64,000 nucleotides of DNA from an uncultured Anaerolineales bacterium (GTDB lineage: Bacteria; Chloroflexota; Anaerolineae; Anaerolineales; UBA11858): positions 11,228 through 75,227 of the forward strand of contig CAYTKR010000005.1 in the NCBI GenBank assembly GCA_964438295.1, written 5' to 3'. Below the pieces are notes generated by a model. That model did not search any database and was not told the origin of the DNA. It saw only the letters and a program-made list of their open reading frames with translations. Shown here piece by piece: positions 9,270-18,488 of the stretch. A program made the translations under genes and the position numbers. How positions within the stretch are numbered: the stretch's first letter is position 1; every line of letters begins with the position of its first letter.

Positions 9270-10136
9270 ATGGAAATTTCTGAAAGAATTCAGATAATTC
9301 TCGCAGAGTATGATCCCGAATCTCCTGAAGACACCGCCAATGCATTGCGCGCCTATTGGTTGACCTTTGCCCCTAAAAGTGTGCATGGAATAAAGGCTGA
9401 GCAACGCAAGGAACAGGAGACTGTTGGCATTCCTGTGCCGGTGTTACGAGATTTCGGAAAAGAAATCGCCAAGGCTGCAAAGAAAAGCGTCGATGATTTC
9501 ATTCCCCTGACGCGTTTGTTATGGGAAGAATATGGTCGTGAGGGACGTGTAGTAACGGTTTACCCTTTTGGTGCTATGGAATTGGTTCAGCCTGAAATTG
9601 TGTTCCCTATATTGCTAGAACTCTGCCGCACTTGCATCACCTGGGAAGACTCTGACCAACTGTCAATGAGGGCCCTGGAGCCAATTGTGCGCAAGGATCC
9701 AGAGACATGGCTACCTGCACTGGATCCCTGGTTGATAGATGAGAACAAATGGGTGCGCAGAGCAGGAATCACTGCCGTGGGGCGGCTGGCGATGAAATAT
9801 CCGGATTACACAACGCGTTGTTTGGAATTAGCTGAAGGAATGCTCCTTGATGAGGAAATGGACGTCAAACGGGCGGTTAGTTTTGCTATCCGATTATCCG
9901 CGCGCGGGGATATCGATAAGGTCAAGAATTTCTTGGAGAAACAGGTGCCACCCCAAAATCCTGTGGCAACTTGGGTGCTGTGCGATGTGATCCGCAGCAT
10001 GACAAAAGCATTCCTTCCAGAGTTCGCGGCCTTGGTACCGAAATACGAAGCATGGGCTATTGATCCAAATATCAGCAAAAAGGATCAGCGCTCTGTTGAA
10101 AGTGCGCTCAAATCACTGAACAAGGCGCAATCCTGA
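9270..10136 (+). CDS. HEAT-repeat / DNA-alkylation-repair-like protein
   Basis: Helical repeat composition and DENKWVRRAGITAVGRL resemble the AlkD-like DNA_alkylation family. The call is not certain. Confidence 0.45.
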   Translation: MEISERIQIILAEYDPESPEDTANALRAYWLTFAPKSVHGIKAEQRKEQETVGIPVPVLRDFGKEIAKAAKKSVDDFIPLTRLLWEEYGREGRVVTVYPFGAMELVQPEIVFPILLELCRTCITWEDSDQLSMRALEPIVRKDPETWLPALDPWLIDENKWVRRAGITAVGRLAMKYPDYTTRCLELAEGMLLDEEMDVKRAVSFAIRLSARGDIDKVKNFLEKQVPPQNPVATWVLCDVIRSMTKAFLPEFAALVPKYEAWAIDPNISKKDQRSVESALKSLNKAQS

Positions 10137-10182
10137 CTGGGCTTTTATTGGCACACTGTTTATGAAAAGTATAACTGTGCTT

Positions 10183-10239
10183 GCTGTGACCGGTCTCCAG
10201 ACCGATTCACACCAGCACGATCAGAAGATCGGCCCAAGC
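10183..10239. repeat. Intergenic repeat sharing its termini with the 62799-62875 element
   Basis: Starts with GCTGTGACCGGTCT and ends with GAtCGGCCCAAGC. It contains a GGTCTccAGACC hairpin. The same termini occur at 62799-62875. Confidence 0.6.
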
Positions 10240-10287
10240 TACGCTTGAAATGGGATTCCTTGAATAACGCTAGAATTCAATTTTTGC

Positions 10288-10647
10288 TTATTCTCTGGCA
10301 GGCTCCATAACGCCAAAAATGATCCCTTCGGGATCGACGCAGTAGGCATGGGTGCCGACCCCAGGTACCTCATTGGGCCCATTGACCAGCTTGCCGCCAA
10401 AGGCTTCGACTTGTTGCAGGGTTTTCTCAATTGATTCCACATTAACCGTATTGATCACAGCCTGATCGAAATGGCGACTCATAACAGCACCGTTGATTCC
10501 GGGATTCTCTTCAGCGCCAGTTGTCATCAGCCAGTATGTTTGGGGACCATCCCAGGTTGCTGCTTTCCATCCCAAAACTGCCTCGTAGAATGGTATGATC
10601 TTTTCGGGGTTATCGGTCAAAATCTCGAAGTGAACAGGGCGGTTCAT
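10288..10647 (-). CDS. VOC (glyoxalase/bleomycin-resistance) family protein
   Basis: HFEI..D.E....FY..V.GW and the C-terminal DPEG..FG..E are typical of the family. Confidence 0.75.
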   Translation of the reverse strand: MNRPVHFEILTDNPEKIIPFYEAVLGWKAATWDGPQTYWLMTTGAEENPGINGAVMSRHFDQAVINTVNVESIEKTLQQVEAFGGKLVNGPNEVPGVGTHAYCVDPEGIIFGVMEPARE

Positions 10648-10750
10648 CGGTTTCTCCTTTTTTGAGTTCTAATTCCGAATAATTTTATGCTACACTGATG
10701 ATAGACGATTTCGAGGCCAAATTTCATACGATTATACGAGGGTTGACCCT

Positions 10751-11572
10751 ATGCCCCCAACATTGATTGAAACCCCCAGCATTGATTGCGAAATCGAAGA
10801 ATATCTCAACAAAATCGGCGATATTTTCACAGTATTTCGCTGGCAAGATTCCGGATGTGTCTCTTTTGGTGTGGAGAGTGAGGGCAAGCGGTGGTTTGTG
10901 AAATCTTCCAGCCAATCTCAGGGACACGAATCGCTGCGCAGAGCCAAAGCGTTGCACAATCGTGTACAACATCAGGCCTTGGCGCACCTCCACAATGTGA
11001 TTGCCTGCCCCGATGGATTAGCCCTGGTTTTCGATTGGCTCCCCGGAGAAGTTTTGTACGACTACATCACCCACCGAGGCCAGCAGGGTCGCAATAACCC
11101 TGGATCGCCCCATTTTCGTTTCCGGAATTTGCCGGAAGAAAAAATACTCTCCTCCTTAGATGTCATTTTCGATCTGCATTTACTTCTTGTAGAAGAGGGG
11201 TTTGTCGCAGTAGATTTCTACGACGGCTGTATCATGTACGATTTCGAAACCGATCGAACATCGGTGGTCGATTTGGATGAGTATCGGCCAGGACCCTTCA
11301 CCTTGGAAGATGACCGTCTCCCAGGGTCAAGACGCTTCATGGCTCCGGAGGAATATGTGAAGGGGAGTAAAATTGATCAGGTGACCAATGTCTTCACTCT
11401 GGGGCGGACAATAATTCAATTGCTGGGCAGTGGATCGATGGAAAGGCTCAGGGGCAATAAAGCCATGAAAGGGGTGGTCAGCCGAGCAGTTGAATCTGAC
11501 CGCACCAAGCGCTATCAATCGGTTGGGGAATTTGTCGAGGCCTGGAATCAAGCAAAAAAGTCCAAAAAATAG
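10751..11572 (+). CDS. Protein-kinase-like fold protein (atypical Ser/Thr kinase)
   Basis: WFVK (the Lys), DFYDGCIMYD (catalytic-loop-like), VVDLDE (DFG-like) and RRFMAPEE (APE motif). Confidence 0.55.
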   Translation: MPPTLIETPSIDCEIEEYLNKIGDIFTVFRWQDSGCVSFGVESEGKRWFVKSSSQSQGHESLRRAKALHNRVQHQALAHLHNVIACPDGLALVFDWLPGEVLYDYITHRGQQGRNNPGSPHFRFRNLPEEKILSSLDVIFDLHLLLVEEGFVAVDFYDGCIMYDFETDRTSVVDLDEYRPGPFTLEDDRLPGSRRFMAPEEYVKGSKIDQVTNVFTLGRTIIQLLGSGSMERLRGNKAMKGVVSRAVESDRTKRYQSVGEFVEAWNQAKKSKK

Positions 11573-11576
11573 GTTG

Positions 11577-12746
11577 TCATGTTTTGAGATGCATACGCTG
11601 GAAAAGCCACACCCCGATGGCGAAGTAGATCACAGAGAGCAGGCTCAGGGCGGATAGTTCATAGATCACACCATCTAAGCCAACCCCCAATGTGAAAACC
11701 TTATTCAAAGCTGCTACTGCATGAGTCGGTGGCAAAATATCGACTGCGCTGATGTCGCGACCTGCAATCGTGAAGATGGTCCCCATAGGCACCGGGAAGG
11801 CTGCGCCGCTCAGGAACATAAAGAATCCGAAAGGGAAATTGGCGATCACGAAAGCTTGGGAGACAGTCTTGGAGAAGCTGGCCACGATCATGCCCACGCC
11901 GATGATCGACAGGCTGGTGATGATCCCCACTAGGACGGCGATCCATAGGGCGCCCTGGCTGCGGAAGCCAAATGCTGCAGCTGTGGCAAAGGTCACCAGC
12001 ACCGTTACAATGGCAATCAGCACCAACCAGGTTGTCGTGCCGCTCAGATATTCGAAGGCAGTCAATCGGGTGATCTTCAGACGCTTCAGGCTGCCGCTCT
12101 CGATATCTCGGGCAACCATCATGGCCGCCTGGAACATCATCAGGATCACGGCAAAAACAAACAATCCAGGGATATAGATTTCGAACTCGGTGCGAGCTGC
12201 GGAATCGCCCATCGCGGTTTCTAGCAAGCCAACGGCTCGATATTCACCTGTCATGGTCACGCTGTACCCATCGATGGCGGTCATCGCCATCACGGCCGCT
12301 ACAGTGTAATAGGGGTTGGTCAGATCGCCTACATATTCAACGTCAGTCGTTAGGGTTGTTCCCCCTGCTTGGGCTGCGGTGATAACCTGGGAGAAATCTG
12401 CGGGGATGATCACCAACAGCGTACCTTCACGGTCACGTAAAGCCTGTTCACCAGTTTCTCGCTCTGTGATGGATTTGACTCTCAGGATGGGACTGCCATC
12501 TTTGAAGGTTAGTTCTTCCATGGATGTGATGGCTTCATTTCCGGCGTTCAGCGTGGTTCCATCCGAGAGGGTGACCCCCTCGTCGTGGTTGATCACCAAA
12601 ACTCCGTACGATGTGGTGACATTACCCCCAGTGAACAGCCAATAAATGAAGACGAATAGCGGCGCGAAAGCCAGGCTTAGGCCGAGGATCCACAGGTCGC
12701 GCTTTTGCTCGCGGGCGCATTTTCGAAGTACGCTCAGGAATCTCAT
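11577..12746 (-). CDS. ABC-2 type transporter permease
   Basis: An N-terminal TM helix, a large extracytoplasmic loop and five C-terminal TM helices. The ATG overlaps the ATPase stop codon (ATGA). Confidence 0.8.
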   Translation of the reverse strand: MRFLSVLRKCAREQKRDLWILGLSLAFAPLFVFIYWLFTGGNVTTSYGVLVINHDEGVTLSDGTTLNAGNEAITSMEELTFKDGSPILRVKSITERETGEQALRDREGTLLVIIPADFSQVITAAQAGGTTLTTDVEYVGDLTNPYYTVAAVMAMTAIDGYSVTMTGEYRAVGLLETAMGDSAARTEFEIYIPGLFVFAVILMMFQAAMMVARDIESGSLKRLKITRLTAFEYLSGTTTWLVLIAIVTVLVTFATAAAFGFRSQGALWIAVLVGIITSLSIIGVGMIVASFSKTVSQAFVIANFPFGFFMFLSGAAFPVPMGTIFTIAGRDISAVDILPPTHAVAALNKVFTLGVGLDGVIYELSALSLLSVIYFAIGVWLFQRMHLKT

Positions 12747-13786
12747 TCACGCAACCTCCGCCCCGTCAGGGCAATAAAGACATCTTCGAGAGTATTGGCT
12801 CGTAGGTGAATTTCGCCGACTTGCCCCCCAGCATGCTGGATAGCGTTGATAATGGTGGGCAGTTGATCGGCGATGTTTTTTCCTCTAAAAGAAATCATGT
12901 CATTGCGAACCCCCGACGCCAACGGCGCGCCTGCGGCGGTGGGCGAAGCAATCTCCTCCTTACCAAGTTGGAGATTGCTTCGCTGAACTGAGCTTTGCTC
13001 AGCCGCTCGCAATGACCCTAACGAGTTGGGGAGTGCTTCTTCGATAACGACCAAAGCTTGCTCGGGTGTAATTTCCTTTATTTCCAATTCCAGCACATCT
13101 CCCTCGCCGATGGTGCGTTTCAATTCTTCGGGGGTGTCTACCACGAGCAGCTTTCCATGATCGATGATTGCCACCCGATCGGCCATACGTTCGGCCTCAT
13201 CCATATTATGGGTGGTCAGGATGATGGTTTTCTCTTGCGCCAACGAGCGAATATATTCGCGCACTAATACCCGGCTTTGGGGGTCAAGACCGGCTTCGGG
13301 TTCATCGAGCACCAGAATCTCCGGGTCGTGGACCAACGCCAAAGCCAGATTGAGTCGTCGCTTCATTCCCCCTGAGAGCGTTGAAGACAGTTTATTTCTC
13401 TTCTCCCCCAACCCTAGGAGGTCTAAAAGGTCAACACCCCTCTGTTGAGCCATTTTGCGCGGCATGGAGTACATCTCACCAATGAACTCGAGTTGCTCGA
13501 GGCAAGTCAGCTTTTCCCACAGGAGGGTCTCTTGGGGACACATGCCCACCCGGCTGTGTGCCTCGGCACTCCCACCGTGGACCGGCTCACCATGGATCAT
13601 GACGCTCCCTGCATCCGGTTCCAACAGGCCGCACATCATACTGATCGAAGTAGTTTTGCCAGCTCCATTAGGACCGAGCAGGCCGAAGATTTCACCCTGA
13701 TATACCTCCAAGGTGAGATCATCAACTGCCGTTAGCGAACCATACGTTTTTTTTAGATGGCGGGTTTTTAATACGATCTTGGGCAT
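12743..13786 (-). CDS. ABC transporter ATP-binding protein
   Basis: Walker A GPNGAGKTT, signature LSGGMKRRL, Walker B ILVLDEPEAGLD and an H-loop TTHNM. Confidence 0.95.
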   Translation of the reverse strand: MPKIVLKTRHLKKTYGSLTAVDDLTLEVYQGEIFGLLGPNGAGKTTSISMMCGLLEPDAGSVMIHGEPVHGGSAEAHSRVGMCPQETLLWEKLTCLEQLEFIGEMYSMPRKMAQQRGVDLLDLLGLGEKRNKLSSTLSGGMKRRLNLALALVHDPEILVLDEPEAGLDPQSRVLVREYIRSLAQEKTIILTTHNMDEAERMADRVAIIDHGKLLVVDTPEELKRTIGEGDVLELEIKEITPEQALVVIEEALPNSLGSLRAAEQSSVQRSNLQLGKEEIASPTAAGAPLASGVRNDMISFRGKNIADQLPTIINAIQHAGGQVGEIHLRANTLEDVFIALTGRRLRE

Positions 13787-13806
13787 ATTTCACCTGATTT
13801 GCTATC

Positions 13807-14370
13807 TCAAAGATCTTTGGGGATCCCCACATAGCGCGGCACTCTCGCGCAATATTCCCTGTATTCTGCACCATAAACTCTTTCAAGATGTTCTTCTTCC
13901 ACACGAGTTATAGCGTAAACCAACACAATGTAGGAAAACATACCCAGCCAGGCAAGATTGGACCACCAGACAATGAAAAATCCCAAATAGAGCAACGCGT
14001 ATCCAACAAACTGTGGATTTCTGCTCCAGCGATACAGCCCTATTGTTTTTAGGCCCGGTGTTCTGCTTCCCAACCAGCGTGAGAAGGTACGAAACAGATC
14101 CATGGCGTAGATCATTATCAAGAATCCGGTGACCATTAAAATCATACCGATAATTCCGACGGGGCCCGTCGGAGGAAAGGATAGTTCAGCATCCCAAGCA
14201 ATCACCCAACTGAAAATGGTGTGAAAAGCATATACATTGATATGGATGAGCACCCCGAACCAATTCAATTTTCCATACAGCTTGTATTGTCTCCGCAAAA
14301 CCCATAGAGAAAAGATTGAAGAGACGAGAAAAAGCCCTCCGGCCAGCATGAGTGTCGTGTTATAGTTCAT
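13807..14370 (-). CDS. Isoprenylcysteine carboxyl methyltransferase (ICMT)/phospholipid methyltransferase-family membrane protein
   Basis: Multi-TM protein with LYRWSRNPQFVGYALLYLG...EE..L...YG..Y..Y. The start was set to the ATG at 14370, which overlaps the upstream stop codon (ATGA). Confidence 0.7.
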   Translation of the reverse strand: MNYNTTLMLAGGLFLVSSIFSLWVLRRQYKLYGKLNWFGVLIHINVYAFHTIFSWVIAWDAELSFPPTGPVGIIGMILMVTGFLIMIYAMDLFRTFSRWLGSRTPGLKTIGLYRWSRNPQFVGYALLYLGFFIVWWSNLAWLGMFSYIVLVYAITRVEEEHLERVYGAEYREYCARVPRYVGIPKDL

Positions 14371-14924
14371 AGCACCTCGATCAATCCCCAGATTAGGGCA
14401 ATCGTGATCACAAAAACCGTGATCCAGGCCCACCCTGCTGGGTCGGATGCTCCGCTGCCGATGCCCTGGGGTGTGAAGCGCAGCAGCGGCAAATCCTCAA
14501 CCTTGTCTTGTAACTCTTCATCGCTGATCTTTCGGGGGTTGAAACCCTCGAAGAAGCCCGCGAAACCAGCGTTTTTGAGCAGCTGGCGAGTGATTAACAG
14601 TTTTTCATGAGGATCGGTTTTCTCCTGTGTGGAAGCATGGATCGCGCCACCGGGCAAGATCAACTCAACCTCAGGATTGGCCATCAAGTTTTTGAACCAG
14701 TCTGAAGTTCTGCGACCTCCTGAAATACAGTAGACATATCCATCTTGAATGGCATAGTTTACCGGCACGTAGTATGTCTTGCCGCTTACCCGGCCGATGA
14801 CCTTCATCACCATGATGTATCCTGTAAATGGATTGCCCATGAAGGGACCTAACCCCAGACGAAAAAGGGGCACCATAAAGAATTTGTTCAGAAACCAAAA
14901 AAAGCGACTCAATGCAGGCGGCAT
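14367..14924 (-). CDS. DUF385 / deazaflavin-dependent nitroreductase-family protein
   Basis: GRVSGKTYYVPVNY...DGYVYCISGGRRTSDWFKNLMANPEVEL matches the family signature. GGAGG lies 6 nt upstream of the ATG. Confidence 0.7.
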   Translation of the reverse strand: MPPALSRFFWFLNKFFMVPLFRLGLGPFMGNPFTGYIMVMKVIGRVSGKTYYVPVNYAIQDGYVYCISGGRRTSDWFKNLMANPEVELILPGGAIHASTQEKTDPHEKLLITRQLLKNAGFAGFFEGFNPRKISDEELQDKVEDLPLLRFTPQGIGSGASDPAGWAWITVFVITIALIWGLIEVL

Positions 14925-14948
14925 GACAGACCTCCATTCAATTAAAAC

Positions 14949-15641
14949 TTATCCGATGCCATTCAGTATCATCTCGACCATGGCATCGACGACACGTTCT
15001 TGAGGCATATCGGCATCGGTGACCTGGAAGTAATCATTGATGAAGGAGAATAGCAGCGCATCTCCGACAGCGATCATCAAGGCGTTGATCACCCGCACCG
15101 TAGCATCGAAGTCCACATCGGGGCGGATTTCGCCGCGCTCAACCGCCTGGGTCAGAATCCCTTCGACAGTCCCACGCATTGCTTTTGAAATTGGGCGGAT
15201 GATGCTATCGGAAAGCGCGGGATCTCCCTGGTAAGCGGCGCGGCCAAAGTAGCGCGCCAGCCCGGCTTCGGTCTGGCTCCACTCTACCCCGCCCAAAATA
15301 TAGTAGCGCAAGCCTTCGTCAAGAGGAAGTGCCGACAACATAGGGGTGAACTGGTCGAACAAATCTACCATATAGCGTACGCACAAGGCTGTGGTGAATT
15401 CGAGCAATCCATCGCGGTTGCGGAAATATTGGTAGAGTGATCCCACCGAGACATCGGCCCGACGAGCGACCTCTTTGATATTCAGGGAAGTTGGGCCTTT
15501 CTCGCTGGCTTCTTCCAGGATGGCATGCATGACTGCCTGCTGACGTTCAGGGTCAAGCCGCCGAAACGTACGCGTGACCAAACCTTCCTGCTCGAACTGC
15601 AAGATATGGACGTGAATTTGTGACCAATCGGATATCAGCAT
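14949..15641 (-). CDS. TetR/AcrR family transcriptional regulator
   Basis: The N-terminal HTH is NIKEVARRADVSVGSLYQYFRNRDGLL. Confidence 0.9.
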   Translation of the reverse strand: MLISDWSQIHVHILQFEQEGLVTRTFRRLDPERQQAVMHAILEEASEKGPTSLNIKEVARRADVSVGSLYQYFRNRDGLLEFTTALCVRYMVDLFDQFTPMLSALPLDEGLRYYILGGVEWSQTEAGLARYFGRAAYQGDPALSDSIIRPISKAMRGTVEGILTQAVERGEIRPDVDFDATVRVINALMIAVGDALLFSFINDYFQVTDADMPQERVVDAMVEMILNGIG

Positions 15642-15662
15642 ATATGAACCTTTAGTTCATAT
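15642..15662. promoter_or_regulatory. Candidate TetR operator palindrome
   Basis: ATATGAAC-n5-GTTCATAT (perfect 8-bp arms) directly abuts the TetR start codon. Confidence 0.5.
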
Positions 15663-15900
15663 TATATACAATAATGGTTCGGTTGTCAATGCGCGGGCGG
15701 GTGAATTCCTATCACCCGCTCGCCACTCCCGCACTTTTGTGCGGGAGAAAGCAAAAGCTAACCCAAAAAATCTTGCAATCGGCATCCCCGTGCAAGAGTG
15801 CCGGGGCAAGCTAAGAGCGTGCAGTCATTACACGCTCTCGCCACCCCATGAAATGTGTACTTGGGAAATCGCGAGTAAAATGGTGTTGGAGGTTGATGTG

Positions 15901-16833
15901 ATGAATCTTAATGTGAAAGGATTTGAGCGCGCCCGAGAATTTATCCTGGCTGAGGGGCGCCCTCTTGAGAAGGCTCTATTTGATCTGGAATTTGGTAGCG
16001 GTTCTGTAAGTGAAGTTGTGACTCATCTTGGGGCTTTCCAAAACCCCGATGGCGGGTTTGGAAAGGGGTTAGAGGCCGACGTACGTACGCCAACATCTTC
16101 GGCGTTGTGCACTGAGATCGGCCTGCGGATCATGGCAGAACGGGATATACCAGCAGATCATCCCATGGTGGTCAGCGCAGTGAAATATTTGCTGGAAAGC
16201 TTCGATCAGGAAACCCAGGTTTGGCGGGTGATACCTGAAGATGCCAACGATTATCCTCACGCTCCTTGGTGGCACGATGAAGGGGGATCATTAGCGCGTA
16301 CCTTTGATGATTACTCGGTAATTCCCAGGGCTGGGATTCTGGCGTACCTGCATCACTATAGCGAACTTGTACCGAACGGATGGCTGGATGAAGTTACTGC
16401 AGCGACTTTGGCGGAAATTCAATCGTTAGAGACTGGAAAGTTTGGTGGTGGTGGCGATGCATTGGTATACACCCAGCGTTTAGCTGAAGCCCTCAACTTG
16501 AAAAGTGAGCCAATCTGGCTAACCCAACGTATCCAAGAGCTGGCTGAAGCCGTGGTCACGAAAGACGCAGACCAATGGACAGGCTATTGCGCACCACCAC
16601 TCAAGTTGGCTCCCACGCCTAATTCGATCTCTGCCCCAACTTTGAGCGATTGTCTCCCCGCACATTTAGATTATCTGATCGAACATCAGTCTCCGGAGGG
16701 CTACTGGGATGTCACTTGGTCATGGAGTGATTACTCCGAAGAATGGGAAAACGCCAAACGAGAATGGCGTGGGGTGTTGACCCTGGATGTGCTGCGCTCA
16801 CTGCGTGCTTTTGGAAGATTCGTTGATTTATAA
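15901..16833 (+). CDS. Prenyltransferase/terpene-cyclase-like alpha-alpha toroid repeat protein
   Basis: FQNPDGGFG and SPEGYW repeats. The start was moved to the ATG at 15901, with GGAGG 9 nt upstream. Confidence 0.45.
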   Translation: MNLNVKGFERAREFILAEGRPLEKALFDLEFGSGSVSEVVTHLGAFQNPDGGFGKGLEADVRTPTSSALCTEIGLRIMAERDIPADHPMVVSAVKYLLESFDQETQVWRVIPEDANDYPHAPWWHDEGGSLARTFDDYSVIPRAGILAYLHHYSELVPNGWLDEVTAATLAEIQSLETGKFGGGGDALVYTQRLAEALNLKSEPIWLTQRIQELAEAVVTKDADQWTGYCAPPLKLAPTPNSISAPTLSDCLPAHLDYLIEHQSPEGYWDVTWSWSDYSEEWENAKREWRGVLTLDVLRSLRAFGRFVDL

Positions 16834-16843
16834 CCGGTATTTT

Positions 16844-16872
16844 GTAGAGACGCCCCGGCGGGGCGTCTCTAC
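16844..16872. terminator. GC-rich hairpin (terminator-like), a member of the GTAGAGACGC repeat family
   Basis: GTAGAGACGCCCCggcGGGGCGTCTCTAC is a perfect 13-bp stem. The same outer stem recurs at 61881-61908. Confidence 0.6.
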
Positions 16873-16889
16873 TAACGAAAACGTAAGGA

Positions 16890-17324
16890 ATGCTTATGTC
16901 CATATTCTATTCATCAATTGTTATTGCAATATTCTCGACGATGCTTTATCACATCACCATCAAATTCACCCCAGCAGATGCCAATCCAGCTCTCTCGCTG
17001 ATCGTGACTTATTTGACCGCCATCCTATTATGTTTGATCTTGTTGTTCTTCATGCCACTCAAAGGCAGTGTTTCTGAAGGGCTGAAACAACTCAACTGGG
17101 CCAGCATTGGCCTGGCATTTGCCCTGGTTGGTTTGGAAGTGGGCTTCATCCTGGTTTATCGCGCTGGATGGAATATCAGTATAGCGGCGATTGTGGTTAA
17201 CGCGGTGGTGACGGTCTTGCTGGTACCGGTAGGGATCCTGCTGTTCAGCGAGAAACTGTCACCAATGAACTATGTGGGAATTGCCGTTTGTATTGCGGGC
17301 TTGGTGATGGTCAATGTCAAGTGA
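16890..17324 (+). CDS. Small EamA/DMT-like membrane transporter
   Basis: 144 aa with 4-5 TM helices and EamA-like composition. Confidence 0.5.
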   Translation: MLMSIFYSSIVIAIFSTMLYHITIKFTPADANPALSLIVTYLTAILLCLILLFFMPLKGSVSEGLKQLNWASIGLAFALVGLEVGFILVYRAGWNISIAAIVVNAVVTVLLVPVGILLFSEKLSPMNYVGIAVCIAGLVMVNVK

Positions 17325-18105
17325 TTCTCGATCTCTCTCTCAAGAACGCTTTGGCCGGTTTGCCAAAGGTTATGTCACCAGCCAAACCCATGCCAAGGGT
17401 TTTGGATTGGAACGCATGCTCGCCATCACCCAACCTGAATCCGATTGGTTTGTATTAGATATTGCCACTGGCGGAGGTCACACGGCGCTCAAATTTGCTC
17501 CTTATGTGAATAGAGTCGTTGCCGCCGATCTCACCCTCACTATGCTGCACGCTGCGCGAGAATTCATCAAGGGGCAAGGTTTTTCTAATGTCCAATACCT
17601 CGCCGCCGATGCGGAAAGTTTGTCTCTTCCAAAAGGGTTCTTTGACCTGGTCACTTGCCGCATTGCTCCCCACCACTTCCTGGATTGTGCTCGCTTCGTC
17701 GAGGATGCGTCCCGCACTCTAAAACCAGGCGGGTTGCTTATCGTCCAGGATCAATTGATGCCTGAAGATGAGTCAGCGGCGCGTTATGTCAACGACTTCG
17801 AGCGCCTGCGTGATCCCAGCCACCATTGGGCATATACCCAGGCAGATTGGGTGAAGATGTTTACAAATGCGGGTCTGGATGTGGAATACAGCGAAAAAAT
17901 TATCAAGCAGCACCAGCTCATCCCCTGGGCAGAGCGTCAGGGTTGCACCGCGGAAGTTATCGATGAATTAAGGAGAATGCTAGTTGGATCTCCACCCATC
18001 GCAGCCGAATGGTTGCAGGCTAGAGATATTGACACCTCCGAGGCTACATTCATAAATCAGCACATTATAATCTCAGGGCGGAAACCAGAGATGAACAGAG
18101 ATTAA
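17314..18105 (+). CDS. Class I SAM-dependent methyltransferase
   Basis: Motif I VLDIATGGGH, a post-I acidic residue (VAADL) and LKPGGLLIV. Confidence 0.85.
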   Translation: MSSDSRSLSQERFGRFAKGYVTSQTHAKGFGLERMLAITQPESDWFVLDIATGGGHTALKFAPYVNRVVAADLTLTMLHAAREFIKGQGFSNVQYLAADAESLSLPKGFFDLVTCRIAPHHFLDCARFVEDASRTLKPGGLLIVQDQLMPEDESAARYVNDFERLRDPSHHWAYTQADWVKMFTNAGLDVEYSEKIIKQHQLIPWAERQGCTAEVIDELRRMLVGSPPIAAEWLQARDIDTSEATFINQHIIISGRKPEMNRD

Positions 18106-18152
18106 ATACCTGTTTAGATCAGTGTCGCCGTAGGCGTACAAAGCAATCCAAT

Positions 18153-18488
18153 TTATCTGTGGTTTCTTTGTACTCCATTGAGAACTAGTTCCATGAGTTC
18201 AACGTAGGAAAGCAGAGCTGTTCGTCCTTGTTCAGTGATGCGCAACAGTGTGCGGGGGATTTTGTCAACGAATTCTTTGGTGATGTCGATATAGCCCGCG
18301 TTTTCTAGCTTGCTCATATGCGAAGAGAGATTACCGCGCGTCAATCCCGTTTGACGTTCGACGAAAAGGAAATCGGCGCTCTCGACCACGTGCAGTGTCG
18401 CCAGGATCATCAAGCGAGCTGGTTCGTGGATCAGCTTATCAATTTCAACCAAAGGCTGAAGTTCTTCGTTGGCGGGGTTAGCTGACAT
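18153..18488 (-). CDS. Winged-helix (HTH_34-like) transcriptional regulator
   Basis: IHEPARLMILATL....ADFLFV...TGLTRGNLSSHMSKLENAGYI. It is a paralog of 31034-31363. Confidence 0.75.
   Translation of the reverse strand: MSANPANEELQPLVEIDKLIHEPARLMILATLHVVESADFLFVERQTGLTRGNLSSHMSKLENAGYIDITKEFVDKIPRTLLRITEQGRTALLSYVELMELVLNGVQRNHR

Noticed and set aside
12806-13060. Apparent ~45-aa insertion (…RAAEQSSVQRSNLQLGKEEIASPTAAGAPLASGVRND…) in the C-terminal region of the ABC ATPase
   Set aside because: C-terminal regulatory regions of ABC-2 ATPases vary in length. Without an alignment I cannot show this is an insertion rather than normal divergence.
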